Below are positions 1-9,807 of a stretch of DNA of 64,000 nucleotides, piece after piece; within the stretch, counting starts at the first letter, position 1; every line of letters begins with the position of its first letter. A program made the translations under genes and the position numbers. The stretch comes from Microthyrium microscopicum (lineage: Eukaryota), in the NCBI GenBank assembly GCA_010405405.1, contig MU004232.1:1073481-1137480 (forward strand). Direction: 5' to 3'. Under the pieces are notes generated by a model. It did not search any database. It had not been told where the DNA came from and saw only the letters and a list, made by a program, of their open reading frames with translations.

Positions 1-2362
1 GTTGATAGGAGTAACACAGCCTCGCAGAGTTGCAGCTGTGAGTATGGCCAAGCGAGTCGGTGATGAACTGGGCGACTCTGGAAATCGAGTTGCTCATCAA
101 ATCCGATTCGATACTACAGTGGGCAAGAAGACTGCAGTAAAGTTCATGACAGATGGAGTGCTGCTTCGAGAGTTGTCACAAGACCTGTCATTGAAGAAAT
201 ACTCTGCTATAATCATCGACGAGGCCCATGAAAGAACAGTCAATACCGATATCTTGATCAGTTTGATGAGCAGGTGTATCAAAGCACGAAAGCAGTTGGC
301 GGAAAAGAAATCGAAGCTATATACGCCTCTTAAGCTTATTATCATGTCCGCTACCCTTCGAGTGTCCGATTTCAGAGAAAACAAACGACTTTTCGACGAG
401 CCGCCACCTTTAGTTGAAGCAGAAGGACGACAGTTCGAGGTGTCTCCGCATTGGGCGCGCAGAACTTATCCCGACTTCCTTGAAGAAGCATTCAAAAAGC
501 TATCAAGGGGCCATCGAAAACTACCACCAGGTGGAATATTGGTATTCCTGACTGGGCAAAATGAAATTCGAACCTTGATGAAACGACTCAAAGAAGAGTT
601 TCCTGCAGCTCAACGAACAGACCAGTCTGGCCCACAAGTCGTAATCAATCCATCAGAGATGGTTATTGAAAACGATGATATGGACATGACAGACATGCCA
701 TACATCGTTGATGAGGATAATATTCCCATTGACTGCGAGAGCGACGACGAGAGCGATGTAGAGATTGAAGGGTTGGATGATCCGGATGATGAGTTTAAAG
801 TCGAGGGCGAAGAGCCTTCGACTGAACTGCTGAATTTTCATGTTCTTCCACTATACTCTCAGCTTCCTTCCAAGGAGCAGCTCAAGGTTTTCGAAGCAGT
901 GCCAGAAGGATCTCGGTTGATTGTTTTGGCTACCAACGTGGCAGAAACAAGTTTGACTATTCCAGGAATTCGATATGTTTTCGACAGTGGCCGAGTCAAG
1001 GAGCGAAAATGGGACAGAGCAGGCGTACAAACCTTTGAAACTACTTGGGTCAGCAAAGCCAGTGCTGATCAACGAATGGGGCGTGCTGGTCGTACTGGTC
1101 CTGGCCATTGCTATCGACTGTATTCGTCAGCCATCTACGAGACTTTTCAAGATTTTGCAGAGCCAGAGATCTTTCGATCCCCGCTCGAAGGTGTGGTGCT
1201 TCAGCTCAAATCGTTTGGTATTCAGAAAGTGGAAAACTTTCCTTTTCCAACACCACCCGAAGCTATAAATCTTGTCAAGGCTGAGTCTTTGCTTTCGCAT
1301 CTAGGAGCACTGGACTCACACAAACGTATCACTAGCTTAGGGAAGGAGTTGCAGAACTACCCATTGAGCCCTCGGTTCGCACAGATGCTTCGGCTTGGGC
1401 AAGTATACAAATGTGTTGAGTTCATGATCGCAACAGTCGCCGCTTTGGATGTTCCAGAGATTCTCATCCCTCAAAGCCTACTAGGCCTCCAAAGCTATTC
1501 TAACGAAGAGCCTCTCTCACTTGCAGAAGAAGAGCTGAAGTCAGAGCGACAAAAAGCATACGGAAACGCCCAAAAACGTCTCTCACGTCTCAGCGACGCC
1601 AGCGACGCAATCAAACTCCTAGCAGCAGTTCTAGAATACAACAAAGCCGACGACCCAGAAACGCTATGCGAAGACTACTTTCTTCGCAGCAAAGCGCTCA
1701 AAGAAGTCAACCAGCTCCGCGAACAACTCACCGGCATCGTTAAAATGCTCCAGCCCAACACCCTCGGCTCCTTTCGTCCTAAACTACATACGCCCTCTAC
1801 CAAAGAAGTTGAGATTATCCGCCAGATCATCGCAGCTGGTTTCATTGACCAAGTCGCTATCCGTGCAGATTGCTTGCCTAGTCCGCCCGACTTTGAGAGG
1901 AAACCGAAACGAGCGATAGATGTACCCTATCGGACTCTCATCCCTTCCTTCGAAACTGCATCCGGCCAAATTGAGGAGGACCGTTCTGTGTTTTTGCATC
2001 CGTCTTCACTTCTATCTCGACTGAGTATGGCGAAGTTGCCACGTTTCATTGTGTATCATCGTCTTCAACGCTCGCAGAATAAAAGTGGTGCGGCGGCGAA
2101 AACACGTATGCATCCGCTTACGCCCGTCAATGCTTCGCAACTTGCTACGCTGGCACGCGGAACATCACTGCTTAGTGTGAGTAAGCCCATGGGGAAGGTC
2201 GCTTCATTGCCAAGCGTTGATGGTCGCGAAAGACGCCAATGTGCAGTGACAGTCAGCCTTGTTGGCCGGCAGGGGGATGTAGGTTGGCCTTTGGCAACGA
2301 AGGAAGTGGTACAGAAGCGCGAGCCTAAGGAAGGATGGGTCGTGGAGAAGTATCTTGCATAA
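1..2362 (+). CDS. DHR1: DEAH-box RNA helicase Dhr1/DHX37-like (5' end outside window)
   Basis: 786-aa ORF with TQPRRVAA, DEAHER, MSAT, LATNVAETSLTIPGI and QRMGRAGR motifs; acidic insertion before RecA2 and WVSKASADQR fit the Dhr1/DHX37 subfamily. Confidence 0.88.
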   Translation, partial: LIGVTQPRRVAAVSMAKRVGDELGDSGNRVAHQIRFDTTVGKKTAVKFMTDGVLLRELSQDLSLKKYSAIIIDEAHERTVNTDILISLMSRCIKARKQLAEKKSKLYTPLKLIIMSATLRVSDFRENKRLFDEPPPLVEAEGRQFEVSPHWARRTYPDFLEEAFKKLSRGHRKLPPGGILVFLTGQNEIRTLMKRLKEEFPAAQRTDQSGPQVVINPSEMVIENDDMDMTDMPYIVDEDNIPIDCESDDESDVEIEGLDDPDDEFKVEGEEPSTELLNFHVLPLYSQLPSKEQLKVFEAVPEGSRLIVLATNVAETSLTIPGIRYVFDSGRVKERKWDRAGVQTFETTWVSKASADQRMGRAGRTGPGHCYRLYSSAIYETFQDFAEPEIFRSPLEGVVLQLKSFGIQKVENFPFPTPPEAINLVKAESLLSHLGALDSHKRITSLGKELQNYPLSPRFAQMLRLGQVYKCVEFMIATVAALDVPEILIPQSLLGLQSYSNEEPLSLAEEELKSERQKAYGNAQKRLSRLSDASDAIKLLAAVLEYNKADDPETLCEDYFLRSKALKEVNQLREQLTGIVKMLQPNTLGSFRPKLHTPSTKEVEIIRQIIAAGFIDQVAIRADCLPSPPDFERKPKRAIDVPYRTLIPSFETASGQIEEDRSVFLHPSSLLSRLSMAKLPRFIVYHRLQRSQNKSGAAAKTRMHPLTPVNASQLATLARGTSLLSVSKPMGKVASLPSVDGRERRQCAVTVSLVGRQGDVGWPLATKEVVQKREPKEGWVVEKYLA

Positions 2363-2807
2363 GGCGTGTGTTGTCTGCTTTGGGCTGTTGCATGTAAGGG
2401 TGGCTGCATATGGTGAATGATGCAGATGAAGATTCCCTTGATGAGCTGGAATGGGAAAATCGACAGAGACGGTATAATGACAATATCTGGCAACTCCTTG
2501 TGGCAAACATTGATTCGAATTCTTTGATCCCGAACACGAATCCTGCAACGCGCATGAGAAGAAATGTTCTAGAACATCTTCGGAGCCCACGTTTGATGCA
2601 ACACTATATAAAGAAAGGACCTGAAGAACTATTTCAGCTTGATACTCAGTGCTTCAGCCCATCTTATAAAATATTATCATCCTGCTCCCTTCCCTTCGTT
2701 GCCACAGGCTCACATGCCTGGATCAAAACCTCGTCATTTGCTTCGCTGGTCCAACCAGCACCACCCTTTCTATCATTCAATAACCTCGCCAACTCCAATA
2801 CCACAAA

Positions 2808-4181
2808 CTGGAAATATCAAGCACCAAAATCGTAGAGATCTCTAAAACCATCACTCCATACTCCATCTCACCTGCTCGCAAATTTCGCCACTGGACATGG
2901 TACCGGCTCTTCATTGTATACCGAGCCATATTTGGCGTGATATTCGGCTTGAATATCATTGCCTTGGGCCTGGTCCTGGCGCTCGAAAGACCTTGGAAAG
3001 CCAAAGACTTCACGTTCAATTGGCTACCATTGTTCATAGTCACCAACTTCTTCTGTGGCACCTTGATTCGGAATGAGCACTTCATCAACCTTCTCTTCAA
3101 AGCGGTACTTCAGACCCCGAGATCAACTCCTCTCTGGATTCGCAAGCGAGTGGCTCACGTCCATCACTATGGAGGCTTTCACAGCGGATGCCATACAGCA
3201 GCAGCGATCTGGTTTCTGCTGTTCTTGATCTGCAGTTGGAAACAACCTGGATTGAGGAATGATCTAATCAAGGCTGTCCTAGCCGTTACAACAACCGCCT
3301 TCTTTCTCCAGGTTGTGATCATCATTTTTGCATACCCTGTTCTACGGCGTTCATGCCACGATGCTTTCGAAATCAGCCATCGTCAAGGTGGATGGGCAAT
3401 TCTCATACTCCTTTGGATCCTGTTTAGTCTCTTGGTATGCGAAAAACGGAGAACAACCACAACCTCTACGCATAGTCTGGTCTTAACAAATGCAGTGTTC
3501 TGGCTTCAATTGGGTACGACCGCACTTGTCATCTATCCCTGGACTCGTAAGCGACTACATAAAGTCTCCCACGAACGGCTCTCAGACCATGCCAGCAGAA
3601 TACACTTCACCTCTAAACACCGATACTCAGGTGGAGCTGCTATCAAAATCGGCAAATCAGTCCTCAACGAGTATCACGCATTTGCAATCATTCCAGTCTC
3701 GGACAACAAAACTGGTTTCTCGATACTCGTATCAAACGCAGGAAATTGGACCCGCTCTTTAATCCAGAATCCACCAGAAAAACTATGGCTCCGCGAACTT
3801 CCAGTATACGGCGTAATTACAGTCGCACGTCTCTTCAGCTCCGTTCTCCTCGTCACAACAGGTGCTGGAATAGGACCCTGTCTGGGTCTGCTCATAGAGC
3901 ATCCAGATCTTGACGTGAAAGTCCTTTGGTATGCCCGAGATCCCGTGTCTACATATGGATCGGAGATCGTGGATATGGTGAAGAAAGCTGACGAAGAGGC
4001 CTCAATTATTGATACTTCTGTCCATGGACGCCTGGACATTGTGCAGATGGCAGTGAAGAGGTTTCACGAGTCAAAGGCGGAAGCGGTGGTGGTTATCTCG
4101 AATAAGAAGGTCATTGACGAGGTTGTGTTTGAGATGTCGAAGCTGGGGATACCTTGTTATGGTCCTATATTTGATTCCTGA
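2808..4181 (+). CDS. TmpA-like integral membrane flavin/NAD(P)-binding oxidoreductase; start codon unresolved (candidate CTG at 2808)
   Basis: Several hydrophobic segments with HHYGGFHSG and FEISHR, then EYHAFA, NAGNWT, TTGAGIGP and terminal YGPIFDS. Frame is open from a TAA near 2781; first in-frame ATG only at 3975. Confidence 0.75.
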   Translation: MEISSTKIVEISKTITPYSISPARKFRHWTWYRLFIVYRAIFGVIFGLNIIALGLVLALERPWKAKDFTFNWLPLFIVTNFFCGTLIRNEHFINLLFKAVLQTPRSTPLWIRKRVAHVHHYGGFHSGCHTAAAIWFLLFLICSWKQPGLRNDLIKAVLAVTTTAFFLQVVIIIFAYPVLRRSCHDAFEISHRQGGWAILILLWILFSLLVCEKRRTTTTSTHSLVLTNAVFWLQLGTTALVIYPWTRKRLHKVSHERLSDHASRIHFTSKHRYSGGAAIKIGKSVLNEYHAFAIIPVSDNKTGFSILVSNAGNWTRSLIQNPPEKLWLRELPVYGVITVARLFSSVLLVTTGAGIGPCLGLLIEHPDLDVKVLWYARDPVSTYGSEIVDMVKKADEEASIIDTSVHGRLDIVQMAVKRFHESKAEAVVVISNKKVIDEVVFEMSKLGIPCYGPIFDS

Positions 4182-5368
4182 TATTTGAGCACGGTGATAA
4201 CCGTACCTAAGCTTTCAATCGAGTTTCAATACCACTATGAAGAGTGTCGGGTGTGGTTCCTGCTGTCAATGACTAAAAACCCTCATCTGGAAATTATTCA
4301 TCTTCAGATTTTGTCACTTTAACCACATCGCTCAAATAGGAACTTCTTTCCTAGTCTTATCATGAAAAGTTTTCAAAGCTATCGGAAATTTCAGCTGGGA
4401 TGAGTCTTAAATCCCATTTCTAGTCATGCTTCCCCTTTATCTCCACAGATTATCGGTCCAAGTGTCGAAAATATCACGAAGACTTTGATAGCAACCAGCG
4501 GGAGCGGGCCGATGGCGCGGAATTAAAAGTCACCCATTGAGTCACTTCTGTGCGTTTCTCGCATCTCGATATCCATATTTCAGAACATGTGAACCCAACT
4601 GTTTTCTCCCTGTTTTAAAAACTGGAGTATAGAAAATGGTATTTTCATTACTACCACAGGGGTGAATGGGGTCCAAGCCTCCATTTCAGCCTGATGGCGA
4701 CTGTGGCATTGAATTATGTAGCCTTATGATTGGAATTCTAACCTTCCATAAACTATTGATATCTCTTAGTATAACATCCATGATATTGTACCTATGGCAG
4801 AATGTATACAGCGGATTAGTCGGTGACTGCCCGTTAATGAAGAAAATATGCAACCGATCTCGCTCCAAGCAAAAACCACAAGCTGTCTCCAGACCCAAGT
4901 ACTGCGATATCATTGGCTGAATGCTTCCATTGCACGACACTGAGTCGAAATCGCCTTTGATCTACGCTAAAGGCCATTGGAAAGCGCCGATTCGGTCACT
5001 TATACCCAGTCTATTCCCGAACGATTTTATTTGAATCCGGACGTTTGACGGTGTATTTGTATAGGTTGATGTCGCTGTTGGACGAGGAGTGTTTGAAGCC
5101 AGTATTCTTGTTCTCAAAATTTGAGCGATTCAACTTTGGTAAGCTTTCCTATAAAAATTACATTCAGACACTGAAAGTATTGTTGGCTCCCATCAGAGCT
5201 GATGGTAATCTTCGTATCGCGTGCTGCTGCTTGACGTCTGTGGAAATGCTCCACAGTAATCTTTCAAAGGCTATATAGAAGTATGCTGGCTACTACTATC
5301 ATACCGTTCCAGGAAGAGCCAGTATCGTCTTGCTAATAGTCCATTGCAGGTCGCTCCTGCTGCCCACA

Positions 5369-8300
5369 ATGGCTACTGGAAAGTACTCCGAGAAGGGCGT
5401 TCCTTTCCATCACTCCTCAACCCCTTCACTTCACGAACACGACGCCGAAAAGTCTGAGGACATCGAGCGTCAGCTCTCTCACGGTCATGATTCAGAGATG
5501 TCCAAGAATGGCACTCATGGTAAGAATTCCGCGTGTCAAATCACATATCCTGACGAAAACCAATGGAACCAACAACGTCGCATTTCCCATCGCATGCGAT
5601 GGCTCCCAAGGAAGGCGTTCCTAATTGAGTGCTATGGATCCCACTAGATGCGATGGACCTTTTACAATTTCAGCCGGGAAGGATCAGAGAGTCCTTCAAA
5701 GCGTGTTGGTTCTGTCCGTCATCTCATACTGACTAATTTCAGGTGCTGCCAATACTGACGGCGCCGATCTGCGGCCAATCCATAGTCGAATATCCGCCAT
5801 GGAAGTGGTTACCACGGAGGATCCCTATCGCGAATCCGGCGACGAGATCTATGACAAGTTTTCTTCGAAGCAGAAATGGTAAGTCTTCATCGTATGCCGA
5901 TATTTTGTGTTGGTACCATATCGTGTTATGGCTCCCACAGCACTCGATGGCTGCCATGAAACGCGATGGGATTTCGTGCTGAACGGGTTGAATGGTCTAC
6001 TTCAAAAGAACATTGGCCCCGATCGCATTTGCTGACAGATTTTAGGGTCATGACTGCCGTTCTTTCATATTGTGGCTTCTTGGCTCCAATATCTTCCACA
6101 ACCATATTGTCAGCAGTGCCAGAAGTAGCAGCCGACTTTCACACTTCAGGAACCATAATAGCTGTCTCGAATGCCTTGTATCTCATATTCATGGGACTAA
6201 GCCGTGAGTTCATAATCTGATCCTCCGTATCGAGTGATCCCGTCTGACATAGTGAAGCACTCTTTTGGGGACCCGTGGGCCAGATCTATGGTCGTCGATG
6301 GCCGTGCTTAGTGTCATTGTTGCTCTTCTTCGCCTTCTCCCTAGGAACCGCCCTCTCACCTAATCTCGCCTCCTTCTTCATTTTCCGCGTTCTTACGGCG
6401 TTCCAAGGAACCAGCTTGCTCATCATTGGGGCAAGCTGCATTGGCGACATCTTCAAGCCAGTAGCAAGGGCCACAGCTCTAGGCTGGTTTCTTTCCGGAA
6501 CGCTCGTCGGACCAGCATTCGGCCCCTTTGCTGGCGGTTGCATCATAACATATCGAACCTGGCGGGACATCTTCTGGTTGCAAACCGCTCTTGCCGGTGC
6601 AGGTGTCGTCCTCGTGTTTTTCTTCCTAAAAGAGACCATTCACTACAAGAAATCCACCGAGCTCAAGGGCCTGACGCCCAAGGCATATGCCAAACAGTAC
6701 TGGGTAATATTGCCCCCTACAAAGACACAATATCTTGGTGCTATTGGAAACGCTGCCCATGCTAGTGGTGGCTGCCAGCGCATTGGATGGCTCCCATACG
6801 ATGTGTTCCTGATCGAGTGCTGTGGTTGCCATCGAATGCGGTGGGTGTTTTATGGTTCCACGCCGAGGAGACAAAATGGGTTTTCGCAGCGTGTTAGATC
6901 TGGAGGTAGCCTTATGCTAACAAATTCCAGGAATGGTCCAACCCATGGCGTGTCGTCCGCCTCTTTCGCTATCCGAATCTTATAATAGTCAGCGTGGCAA
7001 GTAGCAGTCTTGTTTTTAACATGTATTCCGCGCTCACGCCGATTCGATACATCCTGAATCCACGGTAAGATTTCCTCGTGCCAAAGCACTTTTTTTGAAG
7101 GCATACGACGAGACCAAAATCCATATCATCTCCCATGGTATTCGATGGCTTTCATAGAATGCGTTCCTGATCGACTGCTATGGCTCCCATCACACTCGAT
7201 AACTCTCCCTTGATAAAACCATTTTGTAATCTTGCACTGACAAAGTAAAGGTTTCATCTAACGACCCCGATGCAATCTGGCTTTATCTACCTGGCTCCAG
7301 GCGCAGGATATCTGCTTGGTACTACCATGGGCGGCCGGTGGGCTGATCGGACGGTCAGACGCTGGATAGCGAAGAGAGGTCATCGGGTTCCAGAAGGTAG
7401 GCTTTTTGAGAATTGCTGTGTCCTTTCGCTCACTTTTGTCTCCAGATCGGCTCCACAGTGCTCTTCCGTTTATGGGAGGCGTTATTCCAGGTAAGGTTTA
7501 CTTGTGCAAAGGATTTTGTATTGATACCATCGCGTGTCATGGCTCCCATAGCACTTCATGGTCGCCTAACCTGCGATGGGATTTCGTGCTCGAAAGCCAA
7601 ATGGTCTTTCCAGCGTGTTGCGCCTGATTGCCACGTTATACTAACGTACTCCAGCGGCCATGTTGGTCTACGGATGGTGTGTCCAAACAGAGTCAGGTGG
7701 CATTGCAGTACCAGTTGTGGCGCTCTTCGTGCAAGGTGTTGCGCAACTCTTCTGCTTTCCGTGTCTGAATGTCTACTGCCTGGTAAGATTTTCCTCGGCC
7801 AAACTACATTTCTTGACGACATCCGATGAAATCAAAAGACATGGTACTCCCATCGTATTCGATGGCTGCCATAGAGGGTGCTTCGTATCGATTGCTATGG
7901 CTCCCATCACACTCGATAACGCTAACAGATTTCAGGACGTGATGCAAGGCCGCAGCAGCGAGGTTGTTGGTAAGTCTCTCCTGCCCCAGTTTCCTTCCAA
8001 TTTCCTAATGTTTGTAGCGGGCAATTACGCAGTCAGGTATTTCTTCGGCGCGATTGGCACAGCAGCTGTCCTTCCAGCTATCCAGAAGATTGGTCCGGGA
8101 GGATTTTCTACTATCTCTGCAGGTTTCCTGTTTGCTGCTACTGGTTTGGTGTACTTGACGGCGAGGTTTGGCAAAGGATGGAGAGAGAAGATCGATAGTG
8201 ATAGAGCTGTGAGAGAGGTAAGATTCACGCCGAAACTGGTGGAGGCTACCAGCACATTCGATGGCTCCCATAACGTTCGTTTCTGATCGAGTGTTATGGT

Positions 8301-8438
8301 ACCCATTGAATGTGATGGGCATTGTTCCGTCTACCACGAAGAGACAAGATGGTCTGTTCAATGTGTGCTGGCTTTGTAGTTGTGGTTTATACTGACAAAT
8401 CCTAGGCTGGGGAGACTGCTCAGGTTGCCGCGTCTTGA
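5369..8438 (+). CDS. MFS DHA1-type (Qdr/Dtr1-like) transporter, 11 exons
   Basis: Introns 5520-5742, 5879-6045, 6204-6257, 6704-6930, 7065-7250, 7397-7445, 7491-7654, 7783-7935, 7970-8017, 8218-8405 are all GT-AG with branch sites; splicing gives one open frame with GPVGQIYGRR, GDIFKPVARATALG, GPAFGPFAGG, WRDIFW, PEDRL. Confidence 0.88.
5587..5656 (+). repeat. Intronic palindromic element, 70-nt type (intron 1)
   Basis: CCATCGCATGCGATGG-CTC-CCAAGGAAGGCGTTCCTAATTGAGTGCTATGG-ATC-CCACTAGATGCGATGG. Confidence 0.9.
5916..5969 (+). repeat. Intronic palindromic element, three-unit type (intron 2)
   Basis: CCATATCGTGTTATGG-CTC-CCACAGCACTCGATGG-CTG-CCATGAAACGCGATGG; 19-nt period. Confidence 0.9.
6775..6844 (+). 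repeat. Intronic palindromic element, 70-nt type (intron 4)
   Basis: CCAGCGCATTGGATGG-CTC-CCATACGATGTGTTCCTGATCGAGTGCTGTGG-TTG-CCATCGAATGCGGTGG; an extra degenerate unit lies just upstream. Confidence 0.9.
7133..7202 (+). repeat. Intronic palindromic element, 70-nt type (intron 5)
   Basis: CCATGGTATTCGATGG-CTT-TCATAGAATGCGTTCCTGATCGACTGCTATGG-CTC-CCATCACACTCGATAA. Confidence 0.9.
7527..7579 (+). repeat. Intronic palindromic element, three-unit type (intron 7)
   Basis: CCATCGCGTGTCATGG-CTC-CCATAGCACTTCATGG-TCG-CCTAACCTGCGATGG, followed by GATTTCGTGCT as in intron 2. Confidence 0.9.
7850..7919 (+). repeat. Intronic palindromic element, 70-nt type (intron 8)
   Basis: CCATCGTATTCGATGG-CTG-CCATAGAGGGTGCTTCGTATCGATTGCTATGG-CTC-CCATCACACTCGATAA. 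Confidence 0.9.
8249..8318 (+). repeat. Intronic palindromic element, 70-nt type (intron 10)
   Basis: CCAGCACATTCGATGG-CTC-CCATAACGTTCGTTTCTGATCGAGTGTTATGG-TAC-CCATTGAATGTGATGG. Confidence 0.9.
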
Positions 8439-8723
8439 TGATGTTCTTGTTTGTTATATGCTTCCGTTCTCTTTTGAATATTTTTTTGGTGGGTACTGTT
8501 TGGGATACTCGTACCTCAGACACCTAGGCAAGTAATGGTAGTTTATTGACACGAGGCCTAGAAGATCCTACAAGTTATTACCAAGTGTATTGTATTAAGA
8601 CTTACTTCCACTTGAATACACCCTATATATGTCTACGCTTCGGCAAGCGCCTTTTATAGTCTGCAAAGCTATCGTACACCCATAAACCAACCACCCCTAC
8701 GCCATGCAATGTAATATACCTAT

Positions 8724-9433
8724 TTAGACAACACGTTTGACCTGGAATAGCCACACCCGTTAGCCAAGCCCATTCACTACCTCAACAGCACACTCATTCT
8801 CACCTCAAAGAAGCGCTTGATCCACCACACCTGAAACGCGCCATTGCCAACTAAGATAATCAGCTGGAACAGACTCCACCACTTAACGCGCGCGTTTGTG
8901 CTCTCCGCCGTATTTCGATGCGTGCGTTCGCGCACTACAATGTATCCTTGCTCGTCCTTCACTTGCGCCATCAATTCGCTGAGATGTCGAACTTCTTGAT
9001 CGAGTGGGTCGGCAGGCGCTTCGTGCTCGGGAACATAGACAATACCGTGAACGTTGAAGGAGACTTCTTTGCTGTTGGCGCTCCAGTGCTCGTTGCTGAA
9101 ACAGTAGATGTATTTGCCGTCTTGGGAGGCTGTGAAGGAGTGGTCGCCGTATTGGACGGAACGTTCGTGGAATTGGTAGCCGCCAGAGGGATTTGTTACC
9201 TGAACGGGTTGTTAGTTTGGCGTGGGAGATAAAGCGGCTAGGTAGTTTACCCAGAAGTCAATGTCGAGGTTACCGCTGCCGCCAAATTCGCGGTCGCCGA
9301 CTTGGAAGGTTACGGTCATCTTGTCGTCGGAGTGGAGTTGTTCGTGGAAGCATTCTCGCGAATGTGCCTTGAGTTGGATGTTATGGGCGGCGGCAAGGCC
9401 TAGAAAGGAGAAGAGGAGCGGTAACAGCAACAT
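8724..9433 (-). CDS. EMP24: p24/GOLD-domain cargo receptor Emp24 (2 introns)
   Basis: Signal peptide MLLLPLLFSFLGLAAA, ECFHEQL, RERTHRNTAESTNARVKWWS, TM segment, C-terminal FFEVKRVV. Confidence 0.92.
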
Positions 9434-9807
9434 GATGATGGTATGGTGGGTGTAGAAGCTTCGCGATGGGGAGAAGATGGAGGATAAATAAAGTTGACAC
9501 TTTTCGATGCGATGCGATGCCCCTTGAACGCACGGACCATCATCATGATCTCGTCTTGAGATTAGACGCCATTGGCTCATACATGGCTAAGTATTGTTAT
9601 TGTTTTATTTGAAAGTCTTGCCATAAGTATTTACTAGACTTGTGAGATTACTTTGGGGAGTTTTTTTTTAAAAGAGAGACCGAATTGTGATTTGTACAAG
9701 TTAGAGAAACTGACAATGCTCTGTGCTTTCATTCGAATATGACCATAGTTCTATACCTCACATATCTGATGCTATCAAACGGGCTTAATGCAGTCATTAC
9801 ATCGTTC

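Noticed and set aside
2410..2835. 141-aa ORF downstream of DHR1
   Set aside because: No recognisable domain and it overlaps the likely terminator/promoter region; not supported as a gene.
5587..8318. CRISPR-like appearance of recurring palindromic repeats
   Set aside because: Eukaryotic locus; repeats are degenerate, lie inside spliceosomal introns separated by coding exons, and there are no cas genes.
5520..8405. Intronic snoRNAs or TPP riboswitches as the explanation for the motif
   Set aside because: No consistent terminal C/D boxes, H/ACA layout or TPP aptamer core seen by eye; an Rfam scan is still needed to exclude them formally.
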